NCBI GenBank assembly: GCA_965153455.1
Contig: OZ234493.1
Coordinates: 7,678,213 to 7,742,212 of the forward strand
Origin: Sphagnum compactum
Taxonomy: Eukaryota
Direction: 5' to 3'
Length of the DNA: 64,000 nucleotides
Position numbers and translations under genes: made by a program. Below are positions 16,104 through 27,940 of the stretch, piece by piece (within the stretch, counting starts at the first letter, position 1; the number at the start of each line of letters is the position of its first letter). The notes beneath the pieces are model-generated. The model worked only from the letters and a program-made list of their open reading frames with translations, was not told the DNA's origin and made no database searches.

Positions 16104-17999
16104 TTAGACAATACAAAACCAAAAACTGCCTTGCAGAAACAGGAAACAGGTGTATTAGAAGGTGCAGGAAGTTGCGCACAACAGAGATGGAAAAGAAGAA
16201 GAAGGAGAGCTTCGAGCGAGGCGTGTACGAAGACGCCCCCGGGAAGAAACAATGGCCATGGCGCTGCGAGGCATCGCCTTCGTCTCTTTATCCTTCCCAG
16301 CCGCAATCGCACACACTCTTGTACTGCCGCTTCTTTTACGTAAATCCCCCGCATCTTTCGCAATTTCTTCCTTGACCGTTGTCCATAAAACGGCGTCACT
16401 TTTGTCTTTTACTCAAACCGTCGTCTTTTCCCTCTATCTTCAAATAGTTCCAAATTCAAACTTTCAAACCCCTGGAGTTTCGAAGTTTCGATCTTTTACT
16501 CAACCCCCGCCGTCTTTTGTCTTCATGTCTCAAAATGCTTTGAAGTTTCTGAATGTACGTACTAGTGTTCATCGTGAGTTGTGAAAATCGAACGAATGCA
16601 ACATTCTGTGTTGACGGTGACCGTTCCGCAAATTGAAAAATGTCCATGACGGACGGTTCCGCCGTTGTAGAATGTATATATAATAAAGCTTTTCCATCCT
16701 CACTAGTAAGACTGTTACATGGTGAGCAATTGAGGGGGGCCACATTACAGACCAAAAATCAAAAAATAAATAAAAATTGTAAACTTTTACAACTCCAAAT
16801 ATTAGGCTGCTGGTGAGCGAACAAACACTTAAGAACTCAAGGGAGGTGTTGAGTCCTACCACCTTCTTCCTCCAAAAACAATTGTAGCCCTTTTGGAACC
16901 CCACTATCACTCACCCTCGTCCTGTGTTTTCTCTTTCTCCTTTGCTCCTTCACTTCTGACAACTCAAGGAACATGTATGTGTAGCCCTCCAGTTTCCGCG
17001 TCCAATGACAAAAAAAAAATGGCTCAATTTGGTTAAGCAATGAGGAAAATTATTGAAAATTGTTTGATGATAGCTACATTTTTGGCAATAAGTACGTGTT
17101 TGATGATGGGCAGTTCTACCCTCGCCACTACTAGTGACTTACCTTCTTGTTCTCGGAAAGTGCTTATTGCCTTGAAGTGAAGTAGTACTCGAACTTCCTG
17201 ATTGAGTTTTCCTAGGGCCTTCGATGTTGTTTGGAGCAGATCGGGATTGGATCTTGCCTGATTTTTGTAAGAGATGGGATTGATGGATGGACCCATTGGG
17301 TTCATTTCTTTGTTGTCAAAAAAGGATTGAAGTCTGCTCTTCATCTTTGTCAGGGACATAATGAAGTTCCACAATGTTCTCTGACAATCTTATCATATAC
17401 TCTTTCTTAATCTGAGCACAATATTACAGCCAACAACATTCATTCATTCATTCAGTTCTTGCACATCATGTAAAAGAGTACTATACCTCTCTCTGAATAC
17501 TTATATAATGCAAATACTTTTGGCAGAAATCATTTTTTAAACATTGAAAGAAATGGGGGCCCAGTTAGCCCCAAAAATGAATAGGTATCTCAAATTTTGA
17601 CAATTTTGTAATAAGTTTACAACCCATGTGTATAAATCTCTTTTAATAATTAAGATGGTATGAAAACTTAGCTTCTGCAACAAACAAACAAACACATAAA
17701 CAGGAAGTTGTGACAGGAGGTTGTAAGTTTAAAATCATGAAGGGGGGGAGGGGTTCTTTCAGATGCATTAAATGTGATTTTTTTAGTTCAAAATGGCTAT
17801 TTCTCAACCAGAGAAATGTTAAATCTGGACTCCGAGACCTTGCTTCAGTCTTAGTGTGGAATCTATCTATGAAGGAAGGCAATTTGTTTTGTTTTGTAGT
17901 TATGAGATCCACTGAACTGGGATGCTTCAGATCGTGTTGTTGTTCGTGGTCTTTGGAAAGCTCTGGACAAGGAGGGGTGCCTGGGCTTTGGTTCCATGA

Positions 18000-18308
18000 C
18001 ATTTGGACTTGCCGTGCAAAAGTTCTTGAATATTAGATAATTTCTTCACTGAAAATTAAGTTAAATCATAGCTGAGAATTTTGGAGGAATTGGAATGTGC
18101 CTTGGGTGTTCCTTGGAAAGATCTTGATGAACAGGATTTAATGGAATTTTATGTGGTAACATTTTGGATTCAGAATGTGGGAGATACTGATTTTTAAGTG
18201 ATTTCTGCTGCTGAAAATTCAAAATAAATTCCCAAAAACCATGTTTTGGAAGGAAAGATCAGTTGAGGACATGGTAACCACTTGGGCCAACGGCACAGGC
18301 CACACTAG
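18000..18308 (+). mobile_element. Probable non-autonomous Helitron-type 3' end
   Basis: Ends in a GC-rich mini-hairpin (GGCC-aacggcaca-GGCC) followed a few bases later by CTAG (18305-18308) and then T, the canonical Helitron 3' terminus. The 5' boundary is uncertain. Confidence 0.4.
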
Positions 18309-21300
18309 TATTTATAATGTTTAAAAGAAACTGAAAAGGATTTGGGGTCTTTTAGCACAGTACCATTGTAGGAGCTGGTTTGCCCAAGGTGGAGTCTTTT
18401 GTTTTCCTTATTTTTTTGTTTTGGTTTCTTGGCGTTTCAGGAGAGCAGATCATCTCAAAAACACAAATTTCGGACTTGTATTATAAACTAAAAGACTCGT
18501 TTAAAAAGTATTAAGTTTTTCTCTCTTCTTTTCCTCCAAGGTTGTCGTTCATCTGGTACAACCCATCACCACCTTGCAGCCCATGGCCGGCTAGTACTGA
18601 AATCCATCAACACCTTGCACAACACAACAAGCTTGTACCAAAAACTCATCACCATCTTTCTGAACTTGGCCAAGTTGTACCAGAGCCCATCACCACCACC
18701 ACCACCACCACCTTGTCCTAAATGGAGTTTACCTTATGATAGAGGCCAGAGAGAACCAACAGCCATCACTGCACCATCTCTTGGAAGCCTACTATGAATG
18801 AATGGGCCTAAGATAAGACAGTGGATACCACTGTAAAATCCTTCCTCTCAAGGAGCAAAGCTTAAATATGTCTTCTTGTGAAAGATCTGGGGTTTCTTTT
18901 TGTAGTGTAGATTGATATTGCATTTTACAGCTTTGCAAACCATCTTCAAGTTCATTGAAATGAAATTACACTTTGATCAAGATATGAATTTACTTACATT
19001 TTTGCCAACTGGGAATTATGTTTGCCTTTTTGCTTGCCTGCCTTACTTTCCCTTCGCTCACCTACTTGCCATTTTATCCATCTTTGTCATAACCCTGACT
19101 TCAGTACATGAATAACTCTAAAGATGGTTCACAAAATGCTAGTCTGAAGATGAAGAAAGGTGAGTGAAATCCACTCAAGTAAGAGATTGAAACATCAAAT
19201 GAATGCAACAGAGTGCAACCACACTTTCACACGAAGTGGAAATGTGTGCAAGTGGAAAGGGAGCACTCTTAGGACTTTCGATTTGAATTCAGATCTCAAA
19301 AGTTCTAAATCTTAACAAATTATCCAAATTAAGCCTTCTTTCAATCATTGGAAAAGGTTTTGATCATGATTACAATAAAGTGAAATTGCATACTCAAAGA
19401 AACATTTATAACATAAATGTTATAAATTATAGTCATTTGAAATGGTCATTAATCGAATTACCAAAATTATCTTCGACTGTTTAAATGACAATTTCTTAAA
19501 TCAAATCATTTTCAATTACGAGAATTGCTGAAAAGTTTTTTCCAAAAACCCACAAGTCTTTTCTTAGGAAAATTTATTTGTATGTGAATGAAAAAGTTAC
19601 AAACCTTCAAAATTATGAGATTCAAAACTTGACAATTTTCATTTGAAAGTTCTTTTTAAAATGATCATTTTGAAATAATCCTTGTGAGGAGTTACAAAAT
19701 TTAATATTTAAAAAAATATTGACTCTAATCAAGTTTGGGCCATGGTGAACCTTACGAGTCAATTGTTTATTTGTGCACTAATTTCACTTTAAATGTATTA
19801 ATCACTTCTTTCATTTCATTTATCCATTTTGATCTATTTGTGAACATAATTTAAGGAACTTGTATTAATATTGTCCCAATGCTTGAAGCTAGGTGACACA
19901 CTCCTAAGTTTGTTCAATGGAATCAAGAGAAAAAAAACATTGCCGATTTTCAAATTTGCAACAAAATACAAATCCAAGACATGTTATCTAATCGTGAAAT
20001 TGCGGTCAGAATTCTTGGGTGGGATTAAAATGAAATCACAAACAAGAATCCAATGTACGATTAACTTGCACAATTTAGAAAGAAATCAATAAAATCAACT
20101 TGGAGCCAAAATGGTGCACATGTGAATCATAAGTGACCAAAACAACACGACACACCACAACCCAAATTTGGAGGTGAGTCACCATCTCTTTTTATATAAT
20201 ATATTTTATTACAAATAGTGGGGGCTAGATCAAAGTGACTAAACCTCTTTAAATTCTTGTGAGGAAATACTGATATGTTTTTATTTTGTTAAATTATAAA
20301 TTTCACAATTTTATATGCTCATAATTCTCACATATGAGCTTCAATTGAAAAGTTTTTGGAAAAAAGTTGTCCAAAGTTATATTACATGTTCAATTTAAAG
20401 GTCATTTAAACATTGTTTCATGGACAAATTTTTTTCTTAATGAAATTTTTACAAATTTCAACTTGAAAATAATGATTTTGATTTATACAAAAGATTTCTC
20501 ATGAAAATATTAGCCCAAACTTGAAATTTTTCAAAGAAAGAAATCTGAATCATTATATTTCTATGATAAGTTCCAATTGAGAGCCAAAAGTTTGTGTTTA
20601 TTTTCATATCTAATACATAACGAAATATAACTAAGTCATCTTATGGATGATCATCATTTTACCTATCATAGTACCTAGGTGGCTTTAGCATAAATTAAAT
20701 TATTCTCAACTTTGTTGAAATTTTCACAAAAAAAAACCTTTTCTACCAAAATTTTCAAAAACACATTCAAGCTACCAACTAGTTTTGAACAAAAGACCTA
20801 TCTGACCAAATCAATTACTTTACATCCATCTAACCATTAACATAATGAAATATCTTTAAAATGTTGATGAATTTTATTACATATATTATACATATGCCGA
20901 AAATTTTAAAATTATAAAGGTAGTTATTACGAATGTCAATGCCATGGAGTTCATTCCTTTGAATGTTCATTCATGATTTGTAATAAATTTGACTCTTAAT
21001 TGATTTTTAATTAAATATTAGTTAACTTTTAATTCACTTTTAGTTAATTTATAATTCACTTTGAATTCACTTCCAATTCATTTTGAATTCATTGTAATTA
21101 ACTCTTAATTATTTTTAATTAAATTTAAATTCACTTTTAGTTGAATTTTTGTTCATTCATAATTCACACATGGGTGCACATTGGTGTGGGTGCACATTGG
21201 CGCACACGGGTGAACATGGGTCACATGTAAATTGGAAATTTTTTAAGAAACTTTTTTGAACTAAATGCCCAATGGGTATAAATCCAAGTAAAATTTTTCA

Positions 21301-22538
21301 TTACCTTTAGTCTATTCACGACTAATTTTGGGTATGTTTTCTTGTTATAGCCTTGTTTTACATTCCTTCTTTGCAATAAAATCTTGTTGGACTCTTGTTT
21401 TGTACATGTCTGTTCTTGTTTTTGTTTTCTTTTTTCATGATCTAGATTTGAAATTAAACATGTCTTTGTTCTTGTCTTAATTTAGGAAATCCCATAATCT
21501 TGGTTGTTTTTGTGCCTATGATAATAGTTGTTGAACCAAAAATTTTGGATTAATTATTCGACAGAAATGTATCGAAGCCGCCCAAGTACTATGATATATC
21601 ACAAATTTGAAAACCAAAAACCTTGTTATTGGGCTACAATGGTAAGCAGTAAATATGTCAATTTAAATTTTAATCACAATTTGACCATGAATTTTAGTTC
21701 AAAACCAAAATGAAAAAAATGTCAACCCATTTTCAATATCTAAATTTCAAAACCCTTCCAATGATATAGTAAAGGTCCAATTTGGACATAATTTCCCATC
21801 TATTCAATTTTTTTTCAAAGATTCAAAATTCTTATGAGATTACAACGTTCAAAATGTTCTTCACTTGGGAATGCTTGAATTTCATTTCCTTGCATTCTCC
21901 TACATTCAACACTTTGTGAAAATATGCTTGAATCTGAAAAAACTTTCTAATTTACTTTCATTCTCATACCTTTGCCTTGGTCACAAACTCAAGACTAAGA
22001 TTGCAATGTTAAAAAATGCATGGGAAGCTTTCAAATCATGCACAATGCACTTTATTAAAACAATGTGTATCAATTTTATTTTCGTTTTGCATTTTACCTT
22101 ATCAATTTGAAATCTTAGGAAAGAAAAACAAGCTATGCTTTTCACATCATGTAAAGCCTTCAAAACAAAGCTACAATATGAAATCCCATTATCATTTTCA
22201 CCTCATGTGAATCCATTATTTTCCCATAACCCTACTTATCAAAGTTTACCTCATAAGTAAAATCTTACTTTGGTTTTTTTTAGTATATTTAAAAGGCATG
22301 CTACCGAATGTATTTTTTAAATTTCCTACTATTTGAATTGGACGGCAATTTTTTTAGAATCGGCTAAAAATAAGTGAAATTTATTTATTTATTAATTCAC
22401 AAAATCATTGTCAAAAAAAAATCAATGAAATTGACAAACAAAACAAAACAAAACAAACAAACTACCTTGCTTCATAGATATTCACTGTGTTTTAACTTAC
22501 TTTTTACTACAATAATAATTACTGCTGTTTGATTCAGC

Positions 22539-22574
22539 TTTAGGGTTTTGCCATTTAGGGTTAGGGTTAGGGTT
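22539..22574 (+). promoter_or_regulatory. Telo-box / interstitial telomere-like repeats upstream of the PPR gene
   Basis: TTTAGGG at 22539 and TTTAGGG-TTAGGG-TTAGGG at 22554-22572, about 110-145 bp before the ATG. Confidence 0.65.
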
Positions 22575-22682
22575 GGGGGAAGGTGGAGAGGGAGGGAGAC
22601 GAGGGAGAAGAATGAGCGACAGCCATCTCTAGGAGTTGCGGGAGGAGTTGGAGGAGCAGAAATCAGAAGTTGAGAGTTGGGA

Positions 22683-25091
22683 ATGGCGGTGTTGCGGCAG
22701 AGAAGCTTGTTCTATCTTCGTAGCTTTAGTCATTGTTGGATTCAACTTAGAACCGTGGCACTTGAGCACAAGAGAATTGAGGTTTCTGATTGCTTTGAAG
22801 AAGAAGGTAGCGCAGGAAGAAGAAGGCACACATGGGAAGTGGGTTTTTTTTATCGTTTTCTATTGCCTGCCTCAGAAGAACAGAGTGCTTCTTCTGTCGA
22901 TCATGGCACCAGAAGTTATGGCACTAAAGCGATGGAAAACGATAGTGATGATATGTCTGATGGTGAAGTCGAAGACGTGATTCAAGATGGCAGCAATGGC
23001 AAACGCTACGACGAGATTGCTGACAGATTTGAGAAATTGCTCCAAAAATGGAGCTCCAATACGCCGCAGCTTCTTGAGCGTTTGCAGGTTAGACTGAATC
23101 CGTCCATTGTGTGCAGAGTTTTGAGGAAGAGCATTAAGTCTGCTGCTGCATGGAAATTCTTCATATGGGCAAAAGCACAAGAAGGTTTTCAACACGATGT
23201 GTACACATACACTGCCATGATAGAGCAGTTTGGGAAGGCCAAAAACTATGCAGCCATTGAGACTGTTGTGGCTGACATGCGGGAAGAAGGCTGCAAGATG
23301 AGTGTTGTCACGTTTACAGCTCTCATGCACTGGTATAACAAAGCAAAGAACATCAAATTTGTCCGCAAAACGTGGCAACAGATGCAAGAGCAGAATTGCA
23401 GACCTAACGAAATTACCTACACGACGTATATCGATGCTCTCGTGAAAGCAGGCTGCCATCTGGAAGCTCTTGACGCATATAAAGAGATGATAGAGGCAGG
23501 ATGCAAGCCAAACATCTTCACAATGACTGTACTGATCCATAGTCTCACAGAGACAGGGAAGCTAGATGGTGCCTGTGAGCTTTTTGCCAAGTTGAAGTCA
23601 ATTCAGTGTCGTCCAAGTCATGTCACATATTCCCTGCTCATCAGAGCTCATGCGAAAGCTGGGAGCTTGGAGAAGGCAATGTTCTTCTACAAAAGCATGG
23701 TGGAGGCAGGTATGGCTTTACCTCCTGCAGTCAGGAATTTGTTGTTAACAGCCTTGAGAGAAGGCGGGAAGGAAGTAGAAGCTCAGCAGTTAGTGGCACA
23801 ATTGGAAACATCAAGCACAACTTCTTCAAGTGCAAGTGTGGGTCAACAGCCCAAGAAATCAAAGGCACGGTCTGGTTCTTCAGTTCCTCTAAAAGTTGGT
23901 TTGCCAAAACCTGAGAAGCTTGCAGCTTTGATCTGCAAGTGGAACACAGATACAGCTAAAGCCCTGGAGGTTGTGAAGCTCAAGCTCAGACATCCTTATG
24001 TTTTGAATGTGTTGACACTCCTGAGTAAGGAACCAGATGCTGCTTGGTGGTTTTTTGAATGGCTCAGAGCTCAAGAAGGTTACAAGCACACAAAGTATGC
24101 ATATACAAAAATGCTGGACATTATTGCAAAGCATCAGAATATTGAGCTGCTGAGGACAGTACTTTCAGAAGTTGAACGTGCAGGAAAGGCCAACACAGTT
24201 GCATATAATACACTTATCCAGTGCTACAGTCAAAACAAGCATACGGATGCAGCTATCCAGGTGGGTCTTTTTCACTTCCCCCCCACCCCTACTATTATGT
24301 CAATGTTCTTGAAAACAGCCTTAAACTTCTAGCCAAAAGCTTTTTCTCCTTTCATGTTTTTTCATGTGCATTTGTTTCAGTTCTGTCAAATCTACAAGTG
24401 GTTTTGAGAGGAGAAACTGGAACTTGGGTTTTGAATCAAATTACTTGGGCTGGTGGTAAGCCCCAACTTGGTCTACATCAGGGGCCTGCATTGGGCTGTT
24501 TGAGGAACATGCGTACATGAGTAATTTTGTTGTGCTAATGTGTCACAGGTGTTCAACCGGATGAAGGAAATTGGGTGTGAACCCAATGAATATACATACA
24601 CCATGCTCATCGACTTGGTGTCAAGAACTAAAAACCATCATGAGGCTATGAAATTTTATGGGCAAATGATACATGCAAATTGTAAACCAACTGTGAATAC
24701 TTATACTGTCATAATGCACAGTCTAGCACGGTCTGGAAAAGTAAATGCAGCAAACACACTCTTTGAAAAATTGCCTTCCCTAGGTTTCCCACCAACTGCA
24801 GTGACCTACACAGTGCTCATACAAGCTTTTCTGAAGGAAAGGGATATTGACAAGGCAATGGAACTCTATGAGCGCATGCGGGAGGAAGCTCTTACACCCT
24901 CACGAGTCTCTGTCAAAATTCTAGCAAAAGGGCTTCGGTTTGCGGGTAGACATGATGAGGCAGAAAGTCTGACTAATTCCATTCCGTATTTGCAAGAGGA
25001 GTCAAATAGGACTGAATCTTCTGAGAGTAAGGAGGCAGAGAAACTGGTCAGCAACATTGTAACAAGACACTTTAGAGCTCCTGCAGGTTGA
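22683..25091 (+). CDS. P-class pentatricopeptide repeat protein (about 706 aa, 2 exons), probably organelle-targeted
   Basis: Exons 22683-24260 (CAG|GTGGGT) and 24549-25091 (CAG|GTG). Tandem 35-aa PPR motifs, e.g. TYTTYIDALVKAGCHLEALDAYKEMIEAGCKPNIF and TYTVIMHSLARSGKVNAANTLFEKLPSLGFPPTAV. Arg/Ser/Leu-rich N-terminus MAVLRQRSLFYLRSFSH. No E or DYW domain seen. Confidence 0.92.
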
Positions 25092-26859
25092 CTTGGAATG
25101 AGATAGTTATCTTTGGGACACATGCCATCCAACAATTTTTCAAGCTGATGACAAGTCTGTCTAGCAAGATGGCCAGATGTCACAGCAATGAATCAAGCAG
25201 AGCTTCATTATTGGAGCTTGGTGAACTTAATCACTCTCAGCTCTGTGATAAAAGGTTAGTCCGATATGCTTATTGTTGTACCTTGCAACCATGCCATGTC
25301 TTGGTTTTGACAAATGCAGACAGGTCATGTAGAAGAGTGGTTTGCAAGTGTATGCAATTGGGTGGTGGTCAGTTATATAGGGTCCTTATTATGTCAGACG
25401 CCTTGGAGGGTTCACACATATATTTGTGAGATATGCAACTAATCATCCTCTTGTACATTTTTGTTTATGCCAAACCACAGATACTAGAGGCCATGGATCT
25501 AACCAGATGGAGCTGATCAGGAATTATCCAAAGAATGGCAGTTCAGACAGGCTGACTGGAGGAGGATACAACAAACGTTCTCTCCCAGTAAGACTCTTCC
25601 TCTGGTCAGGTTTAGTAGGGTTGGAGGTTGTCAAGTCCTGATGATATGAATTTTAGTGTGTTTGCTTGTCCATAGCTGTCAAGCATTACCATGGATAGCA
25701 CCACACCAGTAAAGCTGGAGATCAGTTTATTCTGATCCCCTGCACAGAATGCAAGTTTATTTAAGAGCTAGTTGTATTTATCTAAAGAGGGTCAGGAGGC
25801 TTGGTTGTAGTTGGCTTCCCATGTAATGTTTCTGGAGAAGAGTTAACCACCTGCCCAACTGCAGGTGTTTACTTTCTTGAAACTCCACATCTAAATGGCA
25901 GCAACACTTATTTTTGGAGTCATTATTCTTTAGGACCCAAGCCTTCTCTAGGTGCCATGAACTCTTCATCATGCCTTCTTAAACTATACGTGGAAGGTGT
26001 AGACCATTGTGCACTAAAGTTAGGGGACATGGCTGCCCTTTACAGGCCACCCTATGAGCCTGGGGGTGAACCCAATAAGGCAAGCCACAAAGTGGAACCA
26101 ACACCCCTTCCCTAGTGTAAAATAGCTTGAGTAGAGATTAGGTAGGTGGATGTGGTTGAATTGCAAATTGTTTCAACAGATTTGTATCACTTGCTTCATT
26201 TGGAGTTGATGAATTAAATGAAAACAATAGAAATTTGGACCCTGAACTAAGATCACCTATAGGGTTGTGAAATTTTGTTGATGTTGCAGTTAATGTAGTT
26301 TGCATTGGTGCCTTTTTCTCTGGCAGATTTAAAAGAGAAAATGAGAATGATAAATGGTTTTGGCATTAGTTAGTTGCCAAATTTTGGGGGAAAAAGAAAG
26401 AAGATTAGAAATTGACAGATTTCTACATTATATTCTAGTATGTAGCCAACAATAGAAAGCGCTTCAGTTTTAAAACTCTCTTTTCTTGTTTGTAGCCAAA
26501 TTTAGTGAAATCTCCGATTGATGATTACCACACCAAATTGAAAAGGCTACATTACAACATTGGAAAAAACAGGAAAAACATTGTTTTGCACGATCATGTG
26601 ATGAATATTTTTTTCCATGTACTTAACTGAAATTTTGCAATCATTAATATTGTATGAGATGAAATTGCCCAAAGATTTGGTGCAGTATTTTCCATGGCCT
26701 TTTTGGCATGTGATTAGTTTTTTAAATTGCACATTACTTTGATATCAATGCAGCTTGGTGTGTTTAAATGTCAATTTTTTTCCCACCTGTTTGAGGTTGC
26801 TTTGATTATCTCTTAGTATATTGTATCAAAAAAGGACTAAAAAGGGACCTTATGTAATT

Positions 26860-27070
26860 TCTTCAAAGCATGTACAAAATGAAGGATGTTGTCCAACTTC
26901 TTCAAGCCATGTGTATTCAAGTGTTGGTCTAATATGGTGTTTTCTAAAGATCCCACTTCTTCAAGGCATGTCCATACAAATGTCGGTCTGGTATGGTGTT
27001 TTATAAAGATCCAAGTTGTTCAAGGCATGTATGTCTATACAAGTGTTGATCTAACATGGTGGTTTTTAAA
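26860..27070. repeat. Degenerate tandem repeat, about 58-62 bp x 3
   Basis: Recurring TTCAAG(G/C)CATGT..AAGTGTTGGTCTAATATGGTGTTTT..AAAGATCC units. Confidence 0.6.
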
Positions 27071-27745
27071 TACTAGAAGGTTCTTGGTAGTCAAAGAAGT
27101 TATTTGATGTCAAGTAAGGTTTTTGAATGTCCAAAATCACAAATTTTTGGTTCCAATGCTCCTCTAGGTGAATTTGCATACTAGATGGCCAAATATGAAC
27201 TTGGATCTTGGTATTGACTGTTTTAAATTAGTAGAATAATATTTCCTGTTTTTTTCCATCAAATGTAACTGAAGTACCGAGCAAATTACAAGCAACAAAC
27301 AACAATCCAATCTAAAGTACATGAAGAGGAATTATGCCACGCATGTTAAAGGACATGTTCATTAACACCTAATGCCCATGTGAACCCTTTATACTTTGGT
27401 TGTAAATACTTGACAAAAGCAAACAAAAGAAATATGAAAAGTGACCATTTGACAAATATGGTATTGAGGAGCTATAACCCAAAAAAAGAGCAGGAAACAA
27501 CTATTCCCAAAACTGACAATGTCCATTGCCCTAATCAGGTTGTGTAGAACTATAGCACCAATAAGAACCTTAAGAAGATGACAATAATGCAATGTCTCAA
27601 ATCTTTGTTGACTATCCAATGCTAAGCTATGGGTCATAAAGGGATTGGCACTCTCCAACTTCTCTTCAATTAGTTATGAATTTGTGAAGAATTATGTTAT
27701 AGGCTTCTTTGTATTCTGAATAGGCTTCTCTATGAATCATAGATG

Positions 27746-27940
27746 TAACATCTCAAATCCTCAAATGTATTTTGAGATGTTACTAGCTTGATATGGTCAA
27801 ACAAATCTTTTAGGGTTGGATGTGGTGTCCATGCTAGAATATTTGTTTGACCGTATTAAAGCCCAAATATCTTCAAAAGATATTTGGACTTTTTTAATAT
27901 GGTCAAACAAGACACCACATGGGCTCAAATTGGGATGTTA
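27746..27940. mobile_element. MITE-like foldback element with nested inverted repeats
   Basis: Imperfect terminal IRs TAACATCTCAAAT (27746) and AATTGGGATGTTA (27928-27940). Internal long hairpin at 27820-27920 (ATGTGGTGTC..TTGTTTGACCGTATTAAA..CCAAATATCTT / AAGATATTTGG..TTTAATATGGTCAAACAA GACACCACAT). Confidence 0.55.

Noticed and set aside
16800-17390. Minus-strand ORFs upstream of tubulin (possible gene or LINE fragment)
   Set aside because: No recognisable motif in any frame.
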